NCBI GenBank assembly: GCA_964514725.1
Contig: CAZEUL010000018.1
Coordinates: forward strand, 1,211 to 65,210
Direction: 5' to 3'
Source of the DNA: an uncultured Rikenellaceae bacterium
GTDB taxonomy: Bacteria; Bacteroidota; Bacteroidia; Bacteroidales; VadinHA17
DNA: 64,000 nt
Shown: positions 47,009-54,772 of the stretch, piece after piece
Layout of the letters: the number at the start of each line of letters is the position of its first letter
Position numbering within the stretch: position 1 is the stretch's first letter
The notes under the pieces: model-generated
Told to the model about the DNA's origin: nothing
The model's input: only the letters and a program-made list of their open reading frames with translations
Database searches by the model: none
Made by a program: the position numbers and the translations under genes

Positions 47009-49654
47009 TTAATAAAGGTCATGAAAGTCTTTCCTTCTTTCGTATTTCAGGTCAGCAAGAACCGATGACTTGACCCGGATTGTAAAATTCCACATTTTCA
47101 AAGTGCCGTTTGGGACCCAGTTGAAACTCATTGTCCAGCAATGAAGATCACGGGTTATCCCTATCTGGGTCATAGTTATCTCCTTTCCTCTAAAATCATA
47201 CCCGCTTGTATATGTTACAGCCATCTTTTTGGTAAGGTTCACATTACCTGCGACTGACAAAGTCTGGGTTACCATTGATTTAAATCCGGGCTTCTGGTAA
47301 CTTAAGTTATAACTGACACGAGCAGACCAGGGAACATTAAAAATGGCATAGCCATACTCATCAAACCGGTTATCTGCGGAATTCTGTCCTCCTGGCGGTC
47401 CGGTCTGTGTTAAACCTGTCCTCTGCCCTGCCATTGTCGCCTGCTGCGAACTTTGCCCACTACTCTTCTTGTCTCCTCTGAGAAGTTCTCCGAGGTCAAA
47501 ATCGAGGCTTAAATTAAAACTTGTCAGTCTCATCAGCTTTTTGTTCTGGGAAAAAGCAAAAGTGCCTATTGTCTGCCCTTTATCATTTAAGCCATAAAGT
47601 GAGAAACTACTGTTTGCTGAAACACCAAAATTATTGAAAAGGGTGGTTCTCAAGGCCATAACTACAGGGGACCATTTCATTGAATCAGCGAATATATTAT
47701 ATGAGGTATTAATGCTGAAATTATCAATGATTTTAATCTTTTGAGGTTTACCTGTCGTGTCGTTTTTTGCAAAAACTTTGGCTTCTAATAAGTTTGTGAG
47801 GCCTAATGATATTGAACTGCTGCGTCTTCCCAGAGCCGGAGTTCCAAAAATGTTATCGCCGAATATCGAGTACTCGTTCATATTGCCTATTGTATCCCTT
47901 TGTACCTGCCTGTACATATCACTGCTCAAACCTTTGAAGACAGGAATAAAGTTATAGCTTATAGAAGGCTTCATTACATGTCTTATCGCCTGTATCCTTG
48001 ATTCAGGTCTGAAAGTAAAAGTACCGAAGATCTGCGGATTAAAACTTGCACTTATTGATGGACTTATTGCGTGTCCGTAAAAAAATCCTCTTATTGTATC
48101 GGTTACAATAGTAGGAACTCTCCGGTTAAGTGCAGTGTCAAGATAGTTTGGTACCCAGCGTTTATCATACTTCTGGGTATATAAGACACCCTTATATGAG
48201 ACCTGAGGAGAGATTGAAAAATTCTTGAAAGGACGGATTTGAAGGCTGAGAGGTGCTTCGTGCTTGAATCCGTTCCTCATATTTTTCCATACTCTGTTTG
48301 TAAAGAGCAGGCTGTCATAAGTACTGATCTGATTATCAAGTGAGGCAGAGTACTGGAACTGTAATTCCTGATACCACTTTTTAGCACCGACACTTTTTCC
48401 TTTGAGTGGATAAAGCCGGCTTATATTGAAATTTATTTTCGGCAGATTAAGGCTCACAGTTTTGTTTTTTACATTTTGACTGTGATTCATACTTGCCGAC
48501 AGGTTGAAAGGGGAACCTTCCCATGTCTTTGAATAGCTTATACTTGACTGACGTTGTGTTGTAACGTGTTCTGAGACTGTATAGCTATTGGTTTTATCAA
48601 AACCGCTCGAACTCATATTAACACTTGCAGAAAATCTTGAACCCGGTCTGGCCTTTGCATTCTGGTTATAAGACCAGCTTATCTTATAATTTGTGGCTTT
48701 GCTGTAATCTGATAATCCCCTATGACCTGATACATTATTAGCGTAACTGAAAGAAAACTGACCACTGTATTTATAAAGTTTGTTATAATTAGACTCAGCA
48801 GTAAGCATCCAGGTACCATTTGTATATATATTGCCCTTGATTGCCAGGTCAAAGTAATCACTTACAGCAAAATAATATCCTCCTTCAGTAAGATTATACC
48901 CCCTTTGCTGCTCTTGTCCGATTCTGGGAATCAGGATTCCTGAAGCTGCCCTTTTTTTCTGAACCGGAAAGAAACCGAATGGAATTGCAACCGGCAAAGG
49001 AATACCCTCAAGCACAAGGTTGCCGGGGCCGGAGATGATTTTTTTACCGGGATAAACTTTTGCTTTTGGAAGGTTAATATAAAAATGCGGATGCTCAGCA
49101 TCGCATGTCGAATAAGTACTTCTGGATATGTTGGAAGTACCGTCATCCAGCAGTTTTGTAACAGAACTTCTCAGCAATCCGTCCTGTTGTTTTGTAACTA
49201 TATTGTAAGCAATTGCTTTACGTGTAACAAAATTATAAATAAGTGAATCAGATGCATATTCCTCTGACCCTTCCTTAAAAACAGGACTCCCGTGTACCTT
49301 GCCTGTGGAATCCCTTATTCCTGATGCAAAAACAGTGTTTTTAACCATATCGAAAACAATGGAGTCAGCCTTTATCTCAATATTACCGTATGTAACTACA
49401 GCCTGATTGATAAGTATTGCAGTCTTTTTTATCAGGTCATTTTTTTTTTGTCCTGCTGCAGTGTAATTTACCTGTTTATCTATTGCTGCCGGGGATATTT
49501 TCTTCAGTTTTAAATAAAGCGTATCATTTTTTAGTGTATCCGGCTTTATTATTGCTGAATCATGTACCGGGATAGGCTCCTGAGAATAAAGCAGTGGAAA
49601 ATGGACCATCACGAGGAACACTATAAGTAACCTATTTTCCTTAAAAAAATACAA
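47009..49654 (-). CDS. Putative LPS assembly outer-membrane protein (LptD-like)
   Basis: OstA-like N-terminal region, YSTCDAEHPHF motif, long beta-strand-rich C-terminus ending RDLHCW...FTIRVKSSVLADLKY. TTG at 49654 gives a signal peptide ending YS-Q. Confidence 0.8.
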   Translation of the reverse strand: MYFFKENRLLIVFLVMVHFPLLYSQEPIPVHDSAIIKPDTLKNDTLYLKLKKISPAAIDKQVNYTAAGQKKNDLIKKTAILINQAVVTYGNIEIKADSIVFDMVKNTVFASGIRDSTGKVHGSPVFKEGSEEYASDSLIYNFVTRKAIAYNIVTKQQDGLLRSSVTKLLDDGTSNISRSTYSTCDAEHPHFYINLPKAKVYPGKKIISGPGNLVLEGIPLPVAIPFGFFPVQKKRAASGILIPRIGQEQQRGYNLTEGGYYFAVSDYFDLAIKGNIYTNGTWMLTAESNYNKLYKYSGQFSFSYANNVSGHRGLSDYSKATNYKISWSYNQNAKARPGSRFSASVNMSSSGFDKTNSYTVSEHVTTQRQSSISYSKTWEGSPFNLSASMNHSQNVKNKTVSLNLPKINFNISRLYPLKGKSVGAKKWYQELQFQYSASLDNQISTYDSLLFTNRVWKNMRNGFKHEAPLSLQIRPFKNFSISPQVSYKGVLYTQKYDKRWVPNYLDTALNRRVPTIVTDTIRGFFYGHAISPSISASFNPQIFGTFTFRPESRIQAIRHVMKPSISYNFIPVFKGLSSDMYRQVQRDTIGNMNEYSIFGDNIFGTPALGRRSSSISLGLTNLLEAKVFAKNDTTGKPQKIKIIDNFSINTSYNIFADSMKWSPVVMALRTTLFNNFGVSANSSFSLYGLNDKGQTIGTFAFSQNKKLMRLTSFNLSLDFDLGELLRGDKKSSGQSSQQATMAGQRTGLTQTGPPGGQNSADNRFDEYGYAIFNVPWSARVSYNLSYQKPGFKSMVTQTLSVAGNVNLTKKMAVTYTSGYDFRGKEITMTQIGITRDLHCWTMSFNWVPNGTLKMWNFTIRVKSSVLADLKYERRKDFHDLY

Positions 49655-49663
49655 CTTAAATAC

Positions 49664-49671
49664 TATTTTTG
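49664..49671 (+). promoter_or_regulatory. -7 box (TATTTTTG) for amidase-mlaD
   Basis: Exact TAnnTTTG. Confidence 0.5.
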
Positions 49672-49704
49672 TATAGTTTTTGTGTGACGTCGGGATGTCA
49701 GGCG

Positions 49705-49712
49705 CAAAACTA
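49705..49712 (-). promoter_or_regulatory. -7 box (TAGTTTTG) for the lptD-like gene
   Basis: CAAAACTA on the + strand. Confidence 0.5.
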
Positions 49713-49733
49713 ATTAAAAAACATGAACACAAT

Positions 49734-50891
49734 ATGGATACCGATATTAAAAACGGCAAACACCATACCATTTATTTTGACACACTAAAACTGATAATAC
49801 CATTTCTATTTGTAATTATATCTGGACTGACTTATATTGAGGGTCAGGAAAAAACATGGTTAATAGTCATAGACCCTGGTCATGGAGGAAAAGATCCCGG
49901 AGCACTTGGGTCGTTTGCCAAAGAAAAGGACATTAATCTTGCAATAGCTCTCAAAGCAGGTGAATATCTTGAAAAAAATCTCGGTAATGTAAAAATACTT
50001 TTCACAAGGAAAAGTGATGTTTTTGTTGGATTGAATGACAGGGCGGATTTTGCAAATAAAAACAAGGCTGATATTTTTATTTCAGTCCATACCAATTCGA
50101 TACCAAAAAAGACAATTAAAGGGACTGAAACCTGGATCATGGGACCTGCGAAAGATGAAGCGAATCTTATGGTGGCGATGAAAGAAAATGAGGTAATCAG
50201 ATGGGAGGATGATTTCACTACCAAATATGAGGGATTTGATCCTAAATCCCCTGAGTCATATATAATGTTCACGGTAATGCAGAATATATTTCAGGAACAA
50301 AGCACATTGCTTGCTTCAAATATCCAGAATCAGTTCAAAAATCAAGCCGGAAGAAATGATCTGGGAGTCAAACAGGCTGGTTTTCTTGTTTTATATATGA
50401 CGACAATGCCCAGTGTGCTTATCGAGACCGGATTCCTCACAAATCCGGAAGAAGAAAAATATCTTACATCAGAAACCGGCCAGGATTATCTGGCATCAGC
50501 AATAAACAGAGCAGTGCTTACATATATTCATGAGATAGAAAAAAAGAGTCTTATATCCCAGGCATCAAAGAATCTGAATTCCCAGAAAACTGACTCAACA
50601 AGCAAAAAAGATGTTGATACATCAGCTGTTGTTCTGTTTCAGGTTCAGATTGCCTCTTCTACCAAAAGACTTGAAATGAAGCCTGAAAACTTCAGAGGGT
50701 TAACTGATCTTAGGGAAATACAAGCAGATAACAGGTTTAAATATACGACGGGCAGTTTTTTAGATTATTCAGAAGCGGTTACACATTGGAAAAAGATCAG
50801 GAAAACCGTACCCGATGCATTTATTATTGCAGTCCATAACAATATAATTCTACCTTTGGAAGAAGCAAAGGCTCTTACAAAGAACAAATAA
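49734..50891 (+). CDS. N-acetylmuramoyl-L-alanine amidase (Amidase_3) with SPOR-like C-terminus
   Basis: IDPGHGGKDPG, EKDINL, ISVHTN and VLIETGFLTN motifs. Start position uncertain. Confidence 0.93.
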   Translation: MDTDIKNGKHHTIYFDTLKLIIPFLFVIISGLTYIEGQEKTWLIVIDPGHGGKDPGALGSFAKEKDINLAIALKAGEYLEKNLGNVKILFTRKSDVFVGLNDRADFANKNKADIFISVHTNSIPKKTIKGTETWIMGPAKDEANLMVAMKENEVIRWEDDFTTKYEGFDPKSPESYIMFTVMQNIFQEQSTLLASNIQNQFKNQAGRNDLGVKQAGFLVLYMTTMPSVLIETGFLTNPEEEKYLTSETGQDYLASAINRAVLTYIHEIEKKSLISQASKNLNSQKTDSTSKKDVDTSAVVLFQVQIASSTKRLEMKPENFRGLTDLREIQADNRFKYTTGSFLDYSEAVTHWKKIRKTVPDAFIIAVHNNIILPLEEAKALTKNK

Positions 50892-50897
50892 ATACAA

Positions 50898-51824
50898 ATG
50901 ATGAAAAAAATCTCAAATGAAGTAAAAGTTGGTGCAACAGCATTGCTAACTATTCTTGTTTTTATATGGCTATACAGTTTTTTAAAAGGGAGAGAGGTTT
51001 TCAGTAGCAAAGCCCACTATTATGTCATATATGATAAAGTTGGCGGGTTAGCAGAATCCAGTCCTGTTGAGATCAATGGCTATAAAGTTGGTGTTGTCCA
51101 GTCCATCAGGTTTGTTGATCCCGAAAGTGGTAAACTTCTTGTGGTACTATCGGTGGATAAAGGATTCAGGTTGCCAAAAAACACTGTTGCAGAAATTACC
51201 ACAGCCACACTTATTGCAGGTATGAAAGTACAGTTCGTTTTTGGTAATGGCCCCGGAACTTACTCAAACGGTGATACAATTCCAGGAAGACTTGCAACAT
51301 CTCTTATAACAAAACTTGAAGAAGAACTAATACCTCTTAAAAACAAGGTGGAAAGCGTTATTGTCAAATTGGATTCCACTATCGGGTCGGTCAATGAAAT
51401 ACTGAATCCTGAGTTCCGATCCAATATCAATTCAGGAATGGAAAGCCTTAGTAAGACTGTAAAAGGAATTGAGAAAGCTGATATAGGAGCTTCGCTTAAT
51501 AATATTAAAAGACTCACCGGAGTTTTGGCCGAGAATACGGAAAATATTAAAAACACTTTCCAAAACCTGGAAGCTTTTACAGACACTCTGGCTGCAGCAG
51601 ATCTTTACACATCTGTCGGCAGTCTTAAAAGCAGCCTCGAGAGGCTGACATTGCTTCTGGATAATATAAATAATGGTAAAGGTACGGCCGGGCAGTTGTT
51701 TACAAATGATTCAATTTATAAAAATCTCAATAATAGTCTGGCAAATCTGGATAACCTCCTGCAGGATCTTAAGGCAAATCCAAAAAGATATGTACATTTT
51801 TCAATGTTCGGCAGAAAGAACTGA
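50898..51824 (+). CDS. MlaD/MCE family protein
   Basis: EVKVG-TM, GGLAESSPVEINGYKVGVV, coiled coil, NPKRYVHFSMFG terminus. Confidence 0.92.
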   Translation: MMKKISNEVKVGATALLTILVFIWLYSFLKGREVFSSKAHYYVIYDKVGGLAESSPVEINGYKVGVVQSIRFVDPESGKLLVVLSVDKGFRLPKNTVAEITTATLIAGMKVQFVFGNGPGTYSNGDTIPGRLATSLITKLEEELIPLKNKVESVIVKLDSTIGSVNEILNPEFRSNINSGMESLSKTVKGIEKADIGASLNNIKRLTGVLAENTENIKNTFQNLEAFTDTLAAADLYTSVGSLKSSLERLTLLLDNINNGKGTAGQLFTNDSIYKNLNNSLANLDNLLQDLKANPKRYVHFSMFGRKN

Positions 51825-52167
51825 CAAGAATAAAAGTATTTTTGTAAAATTCAGACTAACTTGATCTTATTATCAGATATCTGATCGATGGCAAAATAAT
51901 ACTAGTTTCTTCTTATTTATGCTGGTTTTTGCCCATCAGAAGCTAATAAATTGTAAAACACACACAAAGGGAGAATATATATATTATCTTATTGATATTC
52001 AATAATTTAAAAGGTGAAAAAAATTTTTTTCCATAAGTAACTGATGATTAAATCCATATACTTTTTTTGAAAAAATCAAGCAAAAAAAATTTTTTTTTTA
52101 ACCTTTTTTTTTACAAATATTGCTTTCTGATTTTCCTGTTTTGGAACCATAAAACGAACTAACTTTT

Positions 52168-53598
52168 ATGAATAAATCGCATATTGATGTTTGGAATAAT
52201 TGTCTGCAAATAATAAAGGATATTATTCCTTCTGTCAGTTTTAAAACGTGGTTTGAACCTATAATTCCGTTAAAACTTGAAAACAATATTCTGACTATTC
52301 AGGTTCCAAGTCCTTTTTTCTATGAATATCTTGAAGAACAATATATTGACATTCTAAGGAAGACTCTCAGACGTGAAATTGGTGCAGATGCCAAACTGGA
52401 ATACAACGTAGTTCTTGAAAATGCAAATTATTCTGATGGAAAGCCTTATACAGTAAGATATCCTTCCCGTAACAAAACCGATCTTAATAACAAGCCAGTA
52501 CAGGTACCTTTCGATGTAACGCAGCCCTCAATAAGGAATCCCTTTGTGATCCCTGGGATTAAGAAAGTTCATTTTGATCCCAGGTTGAATCCCGATTATA
52601 ATTTCAATAATTTTGTAGAGGGTGAATGCAACAGGCTTGCCAGATCTGCTGGAATTGCTGTGGGTAATAACCCTGGGGGGACTGCATTTAATCCGCTGAT
52701 GATTTATGGTGATTCCGGACTGGGAAAGACTCATCTTGCTCAGGCCATAGGAATCCTTGTCAAAGAAAAACATCCGGATAAGGTTGTTCTTTATGTAAAT
52801 GCCAATAAGTTCCAGACGCAGTTTGTCGAATCCGTAAGGAACAACAATAAGAACGACTTTCTTCATTTCTATCAGATGATAGATGTGCTTATTCTCGATG
52901 ATGTCCACGAGTTTGCGGGTAAAGAAAAAACCCAGGACACATTTTTCCATATTTTCAATCATATTCACCAATCAGGCAAGCAACTGATCCTTACTTGTGA
53001 CCGTCCTCCTGTGGAGCTCCAGGGTATGGAACAGAGGCTGCTTTCAAGGTTTAAATGGGGTCTTCAGGCTGATCTCCAGAGACCAGATTATGAAACAAGG
53101 CTGGCTATCCTTAAAAAGAAAGCCTATAATGACGGTATCGAACTGCCAGAGGAGATCTTTGAATACCTTGCTGCTAATATCTCTAATAATATAAGGGAAC
53201 TTGAGGCTGTACTAATATCCCTTTATGCCCAATCCACCCTTAACAGGAAAGAGATAACCCTTGACCTTGCAAGACAGATGGTTGAAAAACTTGTAAGTAC
53301 CTCTCGTCGTGAAATAACAATTGAATACATACAGAAAATAGTTTGTGATTATTATAAGATACCGATAGAGCTTATTCAGGGAAAGACAAGAAAAAGGGAA
53401 ATTGTACAGGCAAGACAGGTATCAATGTATTTCTCAAAGAGTCTTACAAAGGCCTCACTGGCAAGTATAGGATCTCGCATAGGCGGGAAGGATCATGCAA
53501 CAGTGTTACACGCTTGTAAAACAGTTAATAATCTGATCGACACCGACAAACATTTCAGAAACCAGATAAACGAAATAGAAAAGAAATTAAAAGTGTAA
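52168..53598 (+). CDS. dnaA: Chromosomal replication initiator DnaA
   Basis: NPLMIYGDSGLGKTHL, LILDDVH, RLLSRFKWGL, NIRELE and GGKDHATVLHA motifs. Confidence 0.98.
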   Translation: MNKSHIDVWNNCLQIIKDIIPSVSFKTWFEPIIPLKLENNILTIQVPSPFFYEYLEEQYIDILRKTLRREIGADAKLEYNVVLENANYSDGKPYTVRYPSRNKTDLNNKPVQVPFDVTQPSIRNPFVIPGIKKVHFDPRLNPDYNFNNFVEGECNRLARSAGIAVGNNPGGTAFNPLMIYGDSGLGKTHLAQAIGILVKEKHPDKVVLYVNANKFQTQFVESVRNNNKNDFLHFYQMIDVLILDDVHEFAGKEKTQDTFFHIFNHIHQSGKQLILTCDRPPVELQGMEQRLLSRFKWGLQADLQRPDYETRLAILKKKAYNDGIELPEEIFEYLAANISNNIRELEAVLISLYAQSTLNRKEITLDLARQMVEKLVSTSRREITIEYIQKIVCDYYKIPIELIQGKTRKREIVQARQVSMYFSKSLTKASLASIGSRIGGKDHATVLHACKTVNNLIDTDKHFRNQINEIEKKLKV

Positions 53599-53600
53599 AA

Positions 53601-54770
53601 ATGGACATAAAGACTTTTACTGAAAAGTTCTTTGAAAAGTATGGGAACAGGAATGAAAGTCCTGTTCTTTTTTTCTCCCCGGGCAGAGTTAACCTTATTG
53701 GTGAACACACTGATTATAATGGTGGTTATGTTTTTCCATGTGCGCTAAACTTCGGCACTTATCTTGCCATACGAAAATCGGAAAGTAAAGTAATAAAGTT
53801 CAGTACCCTGAATTTCAGCGATGATGACGAAGTACCAATAAATGAACGGTTTGTTAAAAGAGGGGAAAAATGGAGCAATTACCCACTTGGGGTTCTCAAT
53901 GAATTTATAAAAAATCATGTCAGCATCCGGGGGCTTGAGATGCTTTTTTATGGAGATGTTCCGAATGGTGCCGGATTGTCATCATCAGCATCGATTGAAA
54001 TGGTAACTGCTGTCGCATTAAATGATTTATTCAATGCCGGATTTGAAACAATCGACCTTGTCCGGATGAGTCAGAGAGCTGAAAATCAATTTGTCGGAAT
54101 GAACTGCGGAATAATGGACCAATTTGCAGTAGGATTTGGGAAAAAAGAGCATGCGATTTTTCTAAACTGTGATTCACTTGATTATGAAAATGTTCCTATA
54201 AAACTTGGTGATTTATCGCTTGTAATAACGAATACCAATAAAAGAAGAGGCCTTACCGACTCAAAATATAATGAAAGAAGATCTGAATGTGAGAAAGCTG
54301 TGGAATTGCTTAAGCCTTACAGGTCAATAAAAAATCTTAGTGAGCTGAGGGTTGAAGAGATATCTCTACTAGGCAATTACATTAAGGATTCAGTAATACT
54401 GAAACGTGCCAGACATGTAATAAGTGAAAACGGCAGGGTACGTGAGGCTGTTTCGGTTCTTAAGGAAAATAACCTTGTCCGATTCGGGGAATTAATGAAT
54501 CAATCACACGATTCACTTAAAAATGACTATGAAGTAACAGGAAATGAACTCGATACTCTTGTTTATGAGGGGAGAAAGCTTCCAGGTGTTGTAGGTACCA
54601 GAATGACAGGTGCTGGTTTTGGGGGATGTACAATAAGTATTGTAAAAAAGGAACATTTGCAAGCCTTCATAGAAGATTTAGGGTCAGTGTACTATAAAAA
54701 AACCGGCTTAATTGCAGAGTTTTACCTTCCTGAAATTGGTGAAGGAGCAGGACGAATTGAACAGATTTAA
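53601..54770 (+). CDS. galK: Galactokinase
   Basis: PGRVNLIGEHTDYNGG, GAGLSSSAS, CGIMDQF and RMTGAGFGGC motifs. Confidence 0.97.
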   Translation: MDIKTFTEKFFEKYGNRNESPVLFFSPGRVNLIGEHTDYNGGYVFPCALNFGTYLAIRKSESKVIKFSTLNFSDDDEVPINERFVKRGEKWSNYPLGVLNEFIKNHVSIRGLEMLFYGDVPNGAGLSSSASIEMVTAVALNDLFNAGFETIDLVRMSQRAENQFVGMNCGIMDQFAVGFGKKEHAIFLNCDSLDYENVPIKLGDLSLVITNTNKRRGLTDSKYNERRSECEKAVELLKPYRSIKNLSELRVEEISLLGNYIKDSVILKRARHVISENGRVREAVSVLKENNLVRFGELMNQSHDSLKNDYEVTGNELDTLVYEGRKLPGVVGTRMTGAGFGGCTISIVKKEHLQAFIEDLGSVYYKKTGLIAEFYLPEIGEGAGRIEQI

Positions 54771-54772
54771 TA

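Noticed and set aside
49440-49449. A10 run in the lptD-like gene as a phase-variation site
   Set aside because: In frame (QKKN) in a probably essential gene. More likely Lys codons in an AT-rich genome. Kept as a caveat for the dnaX run.
49655-49771. Long N-terminal extension of the lptD-like ORF
   Set aside because: Overlaps the divergent amidase start and both promoter boxes.
51825-52167. Firm oriC call
   Set aside because: No cluster of TTWTNCACA boxes and skew cannot be judged from this window. Reported only as a finding.
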